Made by a program: the position numbers and the translations under genes. A stretch of DNA of 64,000 bases from Dudresnaya verticillata. Taxonomy: Eukaryota. Within the stretch, counting starts at the first letter, position 1; each line of letters opens with the position of its first letter. Location: contig OZ374559.1 in assembly GCA_977862235.1 (NCBI GenBank), positions 1,178,001-1,242,000 on the forward strand. Reading direction: 5' to 3'. The notes under the pieces were generated by a model, which was not told the origin of the DNA, did not search any database, and saw nothing but the letters and a program-made list of their open reading frames with translations. Positions 46,576 through 60,522 of this stretch are shown piece by piece.

Positions 46576-48255
46576 GGCGATTTTGTGGGAGTTGTGCTGG
46601 TCGAACACCTTCTGATCACAGTAGCTTGGAAATGCGTTTCTCTAATGGAGCTTGAGGCAACGTGGATTTCTCGAGGCTGGGCTTTGATGGTATCGATGGT
46701 CGGTTTGTGTTGTTGTCTCGCAGAGGTCGTTGTCTGGATTCTATCGTTCGCTTTATATAGAGAACGTGGTCGCTGAACAGCAGTTCCATGTCCAGTTTCT
46801 TTATAGATGTAGATATCCCCATTGAGTGAATCATTCTGAATTGCTTTGTGAAAAGCCTTTCCCCTTGAGCATCTACGACTCCCCTCCCTGACTAGAGATA
46901 AGCGATGAAGCTTGTAGATTTGTGTGTGTTACACTAGATAATGCGGCAAACACGTGTTTATTCGAAGACGTTGCTGTGCTACAGATGATATTATGGTTGT
47001 GGTTATTAGTTTGCCTGCATTAAGCTGATAATTCCTTCTGAGTAGTAAGGTCTTGAAAGATCTGAATACATCTGTATTATTGGCGGCTCTGTTTGGGGGA
47101 CTTGAATCTCGCATATTCAAAACAATCTCTATTGTATTTCACGTGTGGAATTGTGCTGGGGGAGTGAGAACATTCCGATATAGTCTTGGAAGCCGGGAAC
47201 GGTTTTTGTGCAGCGTTCCAGAGCTGTCCTGAAACATTCAGATAATAAGATATTTTGGGACAGACGAGTTGTTGAAGTTGTTTGAAATTCACGGAATCTC
47301 GCATGTTCTTAAACAACATCAGTCTTGAGGTCATGGGCACATTGTTGCTTCAGATGCGCCGAATTAGTTTTGTCTTTGAAAGTATACTTTTGGAGATATA
47401 CACATTAACAGTCGCCACAGATCACGAGATGAGTACGGTTCTCGCAGAACCACTAAAACACAATAAACAAGGGGATACAAAGCTCGAAAAATCGCGGCAA
47501 CTAAGCCCGTCTTAGCTTTATCTAGGAAAGGAAATGAGGGTCATGTCCGACTTCGAGACAAGTTATGGCCGGGTTGTGAAGTAAACCATGCAAAGCGATG
47601 GGATCAAATGAAGTAGATCGTTTGTGTGTTGGAAGTAACTGGTTGAATTAGGCTATATTTCTCATAATGCCCTCCTATTGATCAACGAACATATCTTCCA
47701 GATTCTGCTTTGTACTAGAGATGACGCGAGATATATCCAGCCGATGCATCTGCTATTGAAAAGGGAAAGAGTGGCGGGAACTCCAGGATTCAAGATATTG
47801 CAGGATGGCCATCATAGCAGCGTAAAAAGTAATTACAAATCTGTCGAAGCCATCATGGGGAAACTCAGTTACATTGTGAGATTAGAATATCTGCCTGGGC
47901 GTATAGCAAGACAAGAGGGAGATATTTTGCTGCAGACCTTACAGATTTGAGCCATATAGGTACCACCAACGTGGCTCCGGCATTCCATAGTCCTCCTGAA
48001 ATGGTGGCTTTTATCTGGAGCATTCTCAACGTGGTGACATCGTTTCAGGAAAATGGGTACGAATAAGTTGGCCCAGATAGAAGGTGTGGTGTTCTCTCTA
48101 AACGCCCAGGGTGTTGCTATTTTCTTGCCATTGAGTGTTACTCTTCTTTTATAAACAAAGCTCTCCGAATCGTGCGACACGAGAAGTATCGAGATTCACG
48201 ACGCGGGTCCTGCCCGGAAAGCTAAACATTATGATGGGTGTAAAACCTTTTAAGA

Positions 48256-48335
48256 TCGCAAGATCTTTATACTCAAAACGACAGCTCTCCTTTTACAAAA
48301 GGAGAGCTGTCGTTTTGAGTATAAAGATCTTGCGA
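48256..48335. repeat. Second copy of the perfect 39-bp-arm hairpin
   Basis: Mirror of 36526-36605. Confidence 0.95.
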
Positions 48336-51300
48336 AGCATGTTAATAAAAGTTGACGTAAGTTGCCCCTACAGAAGGCTGCGTCTCAAGACCAATGTGAA
48401 GGTTAACAGCAGACATCAGAAGTTCAGCCAGCTCAGCAATGTCTCTGAGTGTGTAATCTGAGGACTGGGCTTTCAGAGCAAAATTGCAAAGCTCTTTCCT
48501 CTATCGTGTAGCTTTGGTGACGAACGAATTGCTCAGATCTCTTGAACTGTACGGTAGCTACACCTGACACGAGCAAAACTATGGTCACTGGAAACACAAA
48601 CTGTGTCCACTAGTGGCGACGAGGGTGTAAGTGCAAGACGGGAACTGAGGTGATAAACGATAAAAAAACAACATAATAGGGCACAACACAAAAACCCTAG
48701 TAAGATGCAGGGCGCTAAGAGAGCGAGTGACTCAGTGAGAAGAGGGCCCTTTCCTGAGAGAGCCGTATTAAACAATGCACCGAATGCCATTGTCAGAGCC
48801 GAATAGAACTATGAAGACGCAATAACTCTTCCTCTTTTAAACATTCAAAAGGACGCCTGCAGTAGAAATCTGCGACACTCCCTGTTTCAAACCAATCGTA
48901 ACCAACGGCACAGCCGTACTTTCGGTTTGATGGCGACAAATTTCTGAATAAATGCAGCCTTGCGTTAGGTCTGCTTCATTCTTTCCAATAAAAGCATGCA
49001 ACCAATTCCATCTCATTGCGGAAGTCAGCTTTACTTCGAGAAAGAAAGTTATAAGTATGATGAACTACATTCCACACTTCTCTGCTAAACACATGCACAT
49101 ACACATGACGGCACAATATCTTCCCGCTGTTCTACCGCACACCTGGTGAAGGTGTGACTGTAAACGGTCCCTAGCTGCCCGCGCAGTACACAACTCCTCA
49201 AACAACAGCAAACAATACGCCATCACCATTGATGGTATTCGTACGGTTTGAATTAAGTTTCCCAGAGATCGACTAAGAAGGCTTTTTCTCGCGCAGTACC
49301 TTGCCTACCATTCCTACTTTGTAGCCTCCAAATCGTTGGATGCCCTTGGGGTATTTGTGGGAGCGACTATTCATGGCCTACCAGTGCGTAAGTAAGTAAG
49401 TAAGGCACACCATGAAAGCTGGTTCTACCTGTCAATCGTCGGGAAGAGTGTGGAGTACGCGCTTTCGTACTGAAACGTCACAGGTCTTAACAGCACCGAT
49501 AGCAATATTATATGCAGCAGTACTCAAACAGATGAAGCGGATAGAGTGCGCTTCAAAATCAGTAGCTAGAACCTAAACATTATGTTTCATCAGGGTATGT
49601 GCTTTGCTCAGAAGTACTCGATGTTTATCTTCATGCGCATCCTGTTCGGTCCTTCTCGGACAAACTTCGCAAACCTCTTTGAATGAGAAAGGCATACAGA
49701 ATATAACAATGCAGATCTTATTGAGGATTCCGCTTGCTTCCAATTAGTGTATGCTTCGTGGCTTCGTACCAGTAGGCAGCTTTCCTCGAAAAAGGCCTGA
49801 CGAGAGCCCTAAAAGGACTCGGTTTCAAACCTCCTAAAAGCCCTGACGCATTCGCCTGCCTACCATAGCGCTACGCTTACATTTTACTGTATCACGTTGA
49901 AATGTTGAGAGGTCATACGTACTAACAGCCTACGAGCTGTAGTAAGTACAGTTTCCAATTTTACTTGTGTGGAAAGTACATCTCTCTGTTGTACAGCATC
50001 CTGCATATCCCAGAGATTTGCTTTCTGGCATTCTCAGAACAGCTATGCAAAGGGGTTTAACAGTTTTCAATAGTACAAGAAATCTGGGGCTATATTGAAC
50101 GAATGTAGCTCTGCTTTCTGCAATTTCGCTCCGGAAGATAGCTTGAGACTTCTTGGTGGCGGTGCGTCACGAGAGCATCAAAACCGTAGAAATGGGTGCT
50201 TGGCAATCCCGCAAGCGTTCCTGTCATTATCATCATCTAGCCTATCTTCCAAGAGAGTTCTTCAGGTACCCCATATTCTGTTATCGGAAACAGGAAAACG
50301 TTTCCATGTTTAGATGCCATCGAAACCATAGGCAATCACTGCCTTACTCTGGAAGCAGGTCGTCAGAAATTACCTCACGACTGCGAAATATCTAGTCAAG
50401 CGTGGCGCCTCGGTGGTTGATTTGCACATGAATCTCTATGCTGGCAATATTGGAGAATATCTCTGCATATCTCTGAATATCTCTGGACATTCAGTACCAT
50501 CTCCCTATTTCCGTCCTAGCCCTTGAGCATAGCACCTAGATTTCACTCCTTCCAATTAAGATAAAGGCAGAATCTTGTGTGTGCACGCTTGAGGGATAGC
50601 CTGCTGTCGAACTCGAACGATCTAATCTCGCGATTCTAGCACCCAAAACAACAAGGGTATAGTCGGGAGCAGTACACAGGTCTTATTCGTCGTCTCCGAT
50701 TCGCGGAAGTGTATCAGGAAGGATCCGAGGGCATGGTATGCTCAATCGTCCAGCGGAAGCATATTTTGTCTCTTGCAATACTTCGCCGGTGCTGGCTCAC
50801 CTTGAACTTGCTACTTACCCGAATAAACTATCTAGAACATGACAATTCCCCATTCTTCTCATGTGATACATATTTTGCGAGAATCACAGCATTTCGAGGA
50901 CTACGAACAGGGTATCTGATAAGTATTCCAACTACATACACCGTTTGCATAACATAACATTATACCTTTTCTGCCTCCCCGATAGGGTCTTAACAAAGGG
51001 TGGAGCTGCGTTCAAAATAGCTCGACATTCTGAATGGACCGCTTGCGGCAGGAATTATGCCTGATCTTCACATATCTCAGTCCCGCTCTCTCCAGAGATT
51101 CGACGACTTGAAGACGATAATGGATTTGAATTGCTCGCTGCAGTCGGGATACGATCAACGAGCATAGGTATGTCTTCTCCGTCGGAAGGAAAAATGTATA
51201 CTAGTAAACGATAAAAGGTTCATACATTGACTCAATTTGCAACGATCATGAGAACTGGGCTTCAACTTTTACAGTTTCAGCAGCATCGGGAGCTGAACGG

Positions 51301-51491
51301 ATACAACAGTCGGCCTGAACTAAACCAAGGGGAGAATATAAAAGCCAAGCCGTCATCAGACAGCTACAAAGAATCCTTCAGATATCAGCCTGTGAACACA
51401 CAACCTCAGTCACACTCAACAAGCTGGGACCGTACTACGGAATCACTCTGACAAGACATTCTTCGACCGGCTCAAAATTAAGTACTCAAAC

Positions 51492-52223
51492 ATGGCCCTC
51501 AAAACTTCGTTCATCATTATTGCTTTGTTTGGGTGTGCCTTCGCTACACCCCAGGTCGTCATTGACAGCATCAGGGTTCTTGACGACGCTGAACTACAGG
51601 ACTTTGCAATTGTGCCCAATCTAACTCGTGCTCCATCTGAGGTCGCAGTTTATGCCGTCCATAGCACGAAGTCCGGATACGCCCGTACCACCAATGTCGG
51701 GCTTACTGTGCAGAAAGGCACCAGCGGGACTCTGCACTTCAGAATTCAGGTATACGCAACGACGACATCAGTTTTACACGAGCTTTCTAAAGAATACGAG
51801 AAGTCTCTCACTAAGACTGAGCTGAAGCGCTTGAACGCTCAGAAGAAGCTCTCCAAAGGAGCTTACGATATTCCGTGGCTGAAGACTCTCGGCATCGATC
51901 TCGACAAGGGCACCAGTCAATATGACTTGGAGCGGGAGTTCCAATTGCAGAACCGTTACAATAATCGGTCAACTACAGCTAAGAAACTGCTCAAGAGTGT
52001 TATTGAGCAGAATCTTGAGGTGACTGGTCATCTTACTGCACATGGTATCAGCTACATCCCAACTACCGTTTATTCGTTCATCAAGTTTGCGAGGATATTT
52101 CTCACAGACGGTACCTACAAGACAGTTATCTCCAAGCATCCAGGAAGTCTGGAAGCCGCTACTAGGGACGGTAAGAGCGTTGCTCCTTCAGACAACGGCG
52201 GGATCAAGATTATGTCGCTCTAA
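51492..52223 (+). CDS. Secreted protein family, copy F
   Basis: MALK-type leader, basic central block. Confidence 0.88.
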   Translation: MALKTSFIIIALFGCAFATPQVVIDSIRVLDDAELQDFAIVPNLTRAPSEVAVYAVHSTKSGYARTTNVGLTVQKGTSGTLHFRIQVYATTTSVLHELSKEYEKSLTKTELKRLNAQKKLSKGAYDIPWLKTLGIDLDKGTSQYDLEREFQLQNRYNNRSTTAKKLLKSVIEQNLEVTGHLTAHGISYIPTTVYSFIKFARIFLTDGTYKTVISKHPGSLEAATRDGKSVAPSDNGGIKIMSL

Positions 52224-53169
52224 GTGTTGAGACTCCTGAGGCCCAGGACTTGAGAGTTAACAATAGAAAACTCCATAATATTCTGATTATCGCAAGCTAA
52301 AGAATGCAAAGAATTTGTCCTCAGACAGGCCGGTACGATTCGTACCGCCATTACCATTCCCGCATTGTGCGTTTGCCTCATTGAAAATGACCACAACACA
52401 GATGAAGGTTGAACGTTGTGTCCGCGAGCTCAATTTGAAAGGTAACAACTGTAGCTGTGTAACATGATTGATCAAACGGAGCAACTCTTTACAAAATAAG
52501 CGAATGCGTTGACGCAACTCGGAGGAAGAAACGCTTCGAATAGATTGACAATCGGTGATGAACATCGCTAATCGAAGGTACGCCACAGTGCACATGGTAC
52601 GGCGGCTTATAAGACATTGGTGTGCATTAACTGTGACTACAGACGCAGGTACCAAGTGTAGACTACTCTCCAGCTTCGCACGTGCACACACCCGCGGGAC
52701 TCGATCCCACGACCTCCATGGCGGACCAAGCAAAAAGAAACCACTAAGCTATTGCCGCTTCAGTGTGGCTTTGCTCGGCGTAGTGCTGTGATGCTCCCTA
52801 CTTAAGATCCTACTTCAGTAGGCATCTACACAAGTATTAGTCGACCACACGGCCGTGTCCATGGGACACAGTAACGTTACTGCTCGTTGAGCGAGTGACT
52901 TTCTTTCTGTGTTTGAACAACTTTCTAGCCGGTTCTTCCTTCCCATGTACCGTACTGAACTGTATGACAGTGCAAACCCGACTTCAACACAATGTACCGT
53001 CTTACCTTCGCAACTGACCGTCTTCTCTTCTCGTGAATACTGTGCTGTCCAGGCCTCGCGGGGAACGATTCTGTGCAACATTCTTCTCGAATGACACCGC
53101 AATTCCGCACTACCACACGCATGTACATTTCAAACCTCAACAGCAGAAAAACCATAATTCATCAAGCCT

Positions 53170-54006
53170 CTACAAGCGATATACTCCCAGGCTTCCTTTG
53201 GAAGGCACCACCACATCCCCGTGCTTGGTCGCTGCCTCCAGATCCGAGCTATCCGACGAGATCACAGTCCGGTTAGTCCCGTCTGCAAGCTCGACGTTGG
53301 ATAGCTTGATGAAAGCGTACACCTTCGTTTGGACACAAGACACCCCCTTTGCCTTCAGTTTCCCTTTGATGCGAATTTTCTCTTCTGTGGTGCTGTCCAA
53401 TATCTTTCTTGCCACGCTCATCTTCTTCCTGAAACTGATCAGGCTGCGACCCTTCTTGAATACATCCGCTTCGGAGAATCTTCCATCCAGCGACATGCCA
53501 AGCATTCTCAAAAACGGGACGTTGAACCCTCCCCGATACTGCCTCTTAAGAGCGGCGTATGCCTCAATCTCGGTTGCGGAGAGGAGAGAAACAAACTCTC
53601 TGTCTGCCTGGGCCATAACCGACGCGTGAATCGCTCGAACCCGTACGTTGTACCACATGACCGCGGAGGCGCCCTTAGTCAGCGAAATACCGAACTGCGA
53701 GACGCGAGCGTGCTCCACGCTGGCACCAACCAAAGGCATCTGAATTGGTGACGAAATACCTGGTAAGGGGGTTTCGAATATATCCAATTCTGGTTGATCT
53801 TCCGACAAGTCCGGCACTTGTTTTGGACCCACAAGCGGAGGGAGTGGCACGATGGGGATGTCACGTTGTGCAGAGAGGGGTTTGTCGAGGGGAGCTGCGG
53901 GGAGGAATACCATGGGCACGGATGAGAGCGAAAGTTCAGAATTCTGCGCGAAGGCGTCTCCAGAGTAGAGGAACAGCAAGATTGAAAGTCCAGATATGTG
54001 CAGCAT
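53170..54006 (-). CDS. Divergent paralog of the secreted protein family (278 aa, Pro-rich linker)
   Basis: Signal peptide; aligns by eye to copies A-F (GISLTKGAS, GFNVPFLRMLGMSLD, KGVSCVQTKVYAFIK, DGTNRTVISS, LEAATKHG). Confidence 0.85.
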   Translation of the reverse strand: MLHISGLSILLFLYSGDAFAQNSELSLSSVPMVFLPAAPLDKPLSAQRDIPIVPLPPLVGPKQVPDLSEDQPELDIFETPLPGISSPIQMPLVGASVEHARVSQFGISLTKGASAVMWYNVRVRAIHASVMAQADREFVSLLSATEIEAYAALKRQYRGGFNVPFLRMLGMSLDGRFSEADVFKKGRSLISFRKKMSVARKILDSTTEEKIRIKGKLKAKGVSCVQTKVYAFIKLSNVELADGTNRTVISSDSSDLEAATKHGDVVVPSKGSLGVYRL

Positions 54007-57000
54007 CTTGGTTTGGGTTTATATTCAGTTGGTGGCAGGGGGGATGAAAACAGAAGTTTTTCTGCGGGAAGCAATGCTGCTTGAGGGTTCACTGTTTTGG
54101 GGGAAGGCTTGATAAGGTGGTGAAGGGCATGTGGGGCGTTCGAGGCTTGGGTGCTTTGCGAAGGGGCTTCTTTAAGAAAGGCGTTGGGGTATCTGCCGAG
54201 CAGCGAGAAACAGAACAACGCAAAGATGCTGAGCATGGGGCGGGATCTTTTTGAGCTTGTTCGGGTGGGGCGTGTCGAGAGTCGGAGTGCAGATATTCGG
54301 ATGGGATTGATGGGGCGGCAGCAATTCCAACGGGGTGCAGAATATGGATGGTCAGGGTTCATCACGGCTGGTGGTAGACTGAGGATTGTACCGTGTGGCT
54401 ACAGAAGGTGTACGTCCATATCGTCAACGGAAGTCTTTCCCTAACACATCTATTTACGGTTCATGTACACAAACGCAGTGTTGGCGCGGTTGATACACTG
54501 CTGATTTGTTGACCCAAAAAGGAGTTTCAGAATCGTCAGGGACTTTCGCGCGGCTTGTCTTGAAAGTAGATAATACGACTTTCTCTATCTCTTCTCTGTA
54601 GAGAGGCGGGTTTATAGAATCAAGATGGAAAAGCGCCATTGCTTTCATAGTTGATCATTCCCTGGATTGGTAAAGCGGAGCTGCCTTGCGCTACGAAGAA
54701 TGATAGAGCAGTGCTGTAGCTTATTCAAGAAAACGAGAAGCCCACAGCGAAGTTGCACATATTTTCTCGAACGTGGGACTCTTCAAAGCTTAGCATTGTA
54801 AGCATCCTTGAAAACCTTGCTCGAAGAAACTTGCTCGATTCCGGCAGTCGAGCTAGAAAAAGGAAATGGGAGGGGGTAGAAGGCGTTAATCAGCTATGCT
54901 GCGTCTCGGTTCCGTTGGCGCTGCGTCAACGAATACCACGTGTACTTACAGCAGAAAGTTTACATCCTGAACACAAGAGCGTAGTAAGCGTCGGTTAGAC
55001 AGGACCACATAGATCCCACTCGCTTCTCTTGGCCGCGAATTGTTGCACGACTGCTTGGCAGTGGCCAGTGGCAGCAGTGGAGTCCCCATCTGCATCACTG
55101 TAGTTCTAGCTGCGTAGTGTGTTTGCCAATAGGCCGTTGACGCCAAGGCAAGTGCACTCTAAACTTCGTTGAGCAAACTGTATCCCCACTGGGCGTGGTC
55201 TGCTCTAAGAGATCTCAGTACGGTGCTCTTCCACACGAGCAGTAGGGCAAGACCCAAGATACTTCGATTGTTCGTCTACTGACTATCGATACGTATAAAT
55301 ATCCGATGATAGCTGTGCGCGTTGAAAGATACTGTGCTATCTTGTTGATAATTCGCTGTAGATTCGGTGAGCGAAGCGATAACTTTGCCATATCGATTAT
55401 AGAAACCTAGTCAGCGACCTGTTTCCCAATCCGGACGGTCCGGTTTCCAGCCCCAGTTGCATTTGTGATTGCTCACCGTAAGCTACCTCCGTCACTCCGC
55501 TCTGTTGTACCGGCATCCAGATACATGATCAAACGATATTCTTCTGTGACAGAGTCGTAGACGGACTGAGACTCAATTGTCGCAAAACACACCGGTCTTC
55601 AAAACGTCTGGTCAACACAGACACAGTTGAAGACAATTACACTGAGTATAATATTATCTATGTATCAGGGTTTCTTCGGAAGGAAAGAGCGGCTTTGTAC
55701 ATGTTCGTACGTAGAACCCTCCCACAATTATCCGAAAAAGCCGTAACGAGGGGGCGTGTAGCTTTCTCATGCAAGTTGTATTTCGAGACTTTGTTATGCA
55801 ACATACCACACAGATACTTGCCGTACTCAATGACGCAACAAGAGAGGTTAAAAGATCCCTCAACCTAAACTGGTTTCAGCGTCTCCGCACAGGACCGTCA
55901 TCTTCAAAGAATCAAGCATCCCTTTAATTGCAGGATTCTGAGTAAAGAAAATAGATAAGTATTCGTAAGAATATTCTTTCTTGCTGCGGATAGCACCAAC
56001 AAGAAACCAGTGTACCTAGGGAACATAATATGGCTATAAAGTGCATGAGCGATATGATAGCGGAATCTCCAAAGCCATATGACCACGCCCCTTTTGGACA
56101 GACGTCTTCCGCAGGAACTGTGCGACTGGAATGCGATATAGCATTATATTAGGGTTCAAGCATATTTCACCACGCACATTCTGTAAACTTGGGCTCTGGT
56201 CTCTACCCTGCCTCATCACAGTCTAAACCATTGCAAAAAGAATCATACGCCAATAACAGCCTTCTTATCGCCATCTCGACATCTCTCATTCGCATCCCAA
56301 ATGCTTTTGCTAGCTTCTCGCTCTGAAGTAACCACCCGGGAAGCACGAGGAGCGCTTGTCCTTTGCTTCAAGTCGAGAAAACTCCCGGTTTCTGTTGCTT
56401 CAGCTCCCCTTCTTGACCGGGACAAAACCAGCGGAGCTGGATGAACGCTCACAGTGAACGTCATGGCTTTCAAGTTGTCTTGGTTTCTGTGAACCGCAAC
56501 GCATCCATACTTGTATATCGAGCCTACCATGTCCTCCTTGCGACCAAAGCGGACAAGCTTTGCAAAGATAGCCTTGTGAAGTTTGTTCACGTCACATCTG
56601 TTTCAACGACAAAGAGAACGCAGAATAAAGGGCAGGTAGATAAGTTAGAACACCTGTAGCAATCACTGAAGCTGAGGAAAAACAAAATCGAAACTTACGA
56701 ATCCTTGAACAGCACGATCCCACCACTGTACTTGACAGGGAGAGAATACAGCATCCTCATTTGACTCCCTTGCAAGTTTCTCAATGCGGTCCTGCAGTTC
56801 TGATATGTCAGACTGTACATACCTCCGTCCCACGCAAGTGGCGGTAGTCTCGTTTCCTTCGTCCGATAGTCATTTATACGCCGAAAAACAGATATGGCCA
56901 CTGCACACAAATCCTCATGCAGTCTGTGTTCCACCACCTTCACCACTTGGACTCCCTGCCTTCCTTTTTCGGCCGCTTTTGTGCCAAATTCCATACTTGG

Positions 57001-59472
57001 AGATGTTCAGGTTGCCAACTTGCTCACTCAACTGTTTTTGCTCGTACAGTGTAGTTCGGACTACCGCGCTGGAGAAACGCTTCGGAAGCGATTAGCATTT
57101 CTACGGAGTAGCAAGCATTTTAAGGGTTGAGACCGACGTGAAACGTCGGCGAGATTTATCACGTCAGCCGGCCGCAAATGGCATATTGCGAATGTGCCAT
57201 TTTTCACCACCAGAGAAAAAGGAGAGGGCGGAAAGAATGTGAATATGAAATGGAGCCCATGCCAAAAGCTTATTGCTATCGACTATCAAACCTCAGACAA
57301 TATAACATTCAGACGAGGATGTTGGCCGATAGACCCCTTTAACTTCCACTCGAAGAGCGTTCATAATTTAGCCTCCCTGAAATATTTATGCACCAACGCT
57401 GTAGTCAGAGTACGATTTATGTGGTAAACGCCTTGTTCAACTTGAATCAGATCCCTATTGAATGTTACTGCAATAATATTTTCTGAGTAAAGATAATGAT
57501 GATAGCTTTAACATGCTTCGGCGAACGTGAAATTGCAGTAACTTTGTTGCCCCTGACTTCCATCTCGGTCTGGAACGAGCGATGTACAAATCCTTTGTCG
57601 TTAGCAAGCCGTCAACATAAGAGTCGCATCGCCTGACAACAGAGAAGCCTACTAATTGCAATTCCTCTTGAGAGAACGGTACTGTAGTTCGTTAGTCAAT
57701 CAGATTATTAGGGAACTCGAACGTGGGGTATCCCTTCCGCTTTTTCTCTTTATTTATTTTCTTTGCCTAAGGATGGGTAGGGCGCTCAGCAAAGATGCAT
57801 TGGAATCCTGAACAATGCCCGGAGGGGCCACAGAGGCACATTGTTAAACCTATTCAAAACTTTGGAAACTGATTTTCAATACTTGTGGTACACAGCACGT
57901 CGCTTGATGACGCAAAACCCCTTTTCCTTGTGCATCCTAGAGAACATTTGTTACGCTTTTTATACATCACGGCTTATATCTATACGAACGCAGAAATACC
58001 AACAGGATTCTTAATGATGTTTACTATTTTTAAATTATTGATTTCATAATTAATGCTATTTTTGAAGGTGACGACTCAAAAATAATTCTTTGGCTTTGTC
58101 TTGCTGAAGATGTTCTAATGAACAGGGAAGGGAATATATCATGATTTATTCCCACGCTTGAGGCTTTTCGGATACATACAGATACTGAACAGGAAGTGCT
58201 CTATTTTCCATAGTAAAGTATGTTTTGATCCTGAGGATGGATAAATGATTCTGGAGGAGGAACCAGCAGTGCATGATCGACGCATTCAGATATAACTGGA
58301 TCGTTCTGATAAGCGCTTCAAACTGTATTTTACTTCAACGGTTCCTCACAAATTGCAATTGTAGTGCTGACTTGATAATAGCTTCTGGGCTGAGTTTGAA
58401 ACACTCTAATTGCAATACTTGAAAGGAGAGATGGGGACCTTTACTTGAAAGGGGCCTTTACAAAACCTGCTGTAAGAAACCCATCTCCCCCAAACCGGGG
58501 TGCACAGGTGATTTTATTAACTCCCGCTCAAAAGGGAAAGAACAGAAATGCGGAAAGAACTCCAAATGGACGTTTTGAAAATCGGGACTTAACGGAAATG
58601 CTCTTGTCATTGCCTTCAATACCTTCCTCGTGATGTTTGCGACTATAGCAAAGACGTAATGAGAGCGTTTGACGCGCTCGAGGGCTGTAATTGCTTGGCT
58701 ATCAACGCGACCAGTGGATTCATGAATAGAATGGGGGCTGACGATCAAAGCCATGGAGGTGCGGGGCAAAGCCACGATCATCAACGAAAAGGTCCATATG
58801 CAGCTGGTCACGGGGATCAACAGGCAGTTGTAGATCATCATAAGCACCATGACGCTCATCACGCACGCGTTCATGTCAGCACATTTTCGGGCAGAATTGA
58901 GGACGGAGCTACAAGGACCATGTTCATCCGAGTAGTCGAAACAATGCTCAACTTCAACGCGCACTCCATATGGGTGAGCGATGGTCTGAAATAAAAGGTT
59001 TAAGCGATCCCGGAGATGATCATGATGGCGTATCGTGCCCTAGCGAGCAGAGCGCACCGTAGCGTGATGCCCATAAACTTCAAGAGTGGAATAAGATTGC
59101 CCAAATTTGACTATGAGTGCCCCTCGATTTGGCATCAGACTTCCTGACAAGCATTGCTTGCGACCGACAGCATTTCTATTGGTAACGCGACGGGGTGGGG
59201 GATCACCAGCTTGCCTTACACGGTAGATACTATTTGAGGATTAGTTTCTTATCCTCATTGCAAGACTTTGAAACTCATCCTAGCCATAAAACAGAATGCA
59301 CGGATCCATTGCAACTCTTTGCCGTTTTGTAGTCTAACGTCTAACAGCGCCATTTTTGGACTTGTGAAGAAGATAGATACTAAAATGAAATAGAGCACAA
59401 CCTCTATTAATATTATTGCTATTCACGACAGCTTCCAAGCCCTCCTCCATAGGGTGTTATTGGTCAATCTCT

Positions 59473-60522
59473 TCATCTTAACGAAATCGATCCGATTACT
59501 GTCCTCCTCATATGCGGAGGAACGTATGCTTGTTTGGAATTATCGCTTCTACGCTCCGCCTTGTTGCACTTCCTCTTTTGTGGTCCAAACTGCACTGATG
59601 AAGGAGCAACAGGTGATACAGGCTCTGAAGCATCGCGCCAGTTCCGCTTGTTCATATTCTTCGACAGATCCTCAAGTCTAAGTCGAGGCGGAGCGTACAA
59701 GCTAAGCGACGCTGCTTTTGGCTTCGAAATGTTTCGCACCTCTGCAAGGTTGGGCTTCTTCTCCCGCACCATTTCCAGAACCTTCCCGAGATGACACTTT
59801 GTCAGGCTTGTGATTTTGAAGGATTGCTCGACTAGTGCCTGATGACTTCCGTCTGCAGAAAACAGCGTAACATCCTTTTGCTTATTCCGCCACGCGACAG
59901 ATTGGAGCACTTCGATGGGAACCCAGCGAATTTCTGAAATCTCCTTCGCCTATGCCTTGAATACGAATGTGTCGGACACGTTCTGATGGATGAAAATACA
60001 AGACTTGACGCCATGCCTGTCTGTGATCACGCTTGAACGCGTGTCGCTTGAGATCTGCGCATTGTACCCAACCTCTTCCAAGACTTCTCGAGTGGCAGTC
60101 TCGAAACTTTCTTCACCCATCTTCTTCTTTCCCTTTGGGAACCCGAATACATGATGAGAGTCTCCCTTCACCATGAGGACTTCGCGGCTTGAATTCTGCA
60201 ACATAACCCCAAACCGTGGAAGTTCAGAGTACTGTTTCAGGAGAAGATCCACTTCTTGGTTAGTAAAGTGCGAAAAGTTCGGATGCTCCTTAAACAACAG
60301 TCTGACAAAGGAGTCAAGAGCAATAGAGGGAAGTCCGGGCTGTTTTGGGCAGTATTCATCAATGTATTGATAGTAAAACCTCTCCTCGATGTCACCGATT
60401 ATATACGGTTGGTTGATGGGCTGCAGTTTCTTCCCAAGAATATCTGGAGTGTAAGAGAACTCTTTAACAAAGACCTTCATGATCTTGTTCAATATGGTAT
60501 TAGTAGTATTATACTGAGACAT
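59473..60522 (-). pseudogene. Dcp2-like Nudix hydrolase (mRNA-decapping type) with in-frame TAG at 59950-59952
   Basis: Nudix box GKKKMGEESFETATREVLEEVG; box-A-like EERFYYQYID..PGLP; frame continues *AKEISEIRWVP into ORF 59473-59910. Confidence 0.75.

Larger units (their letters stand above)
45675..52233. repeat. Right arm of the ~6.5-kb inverted duplication
   Basis: Reverse complement of 32628-39190. Confidence 0.93.

Noticed and set aside
54400..57700. Short ORFs such as 56243-56590 and 56695-56994
   Set aside because: Possibly decayed coding sequence, but no family could be assigned
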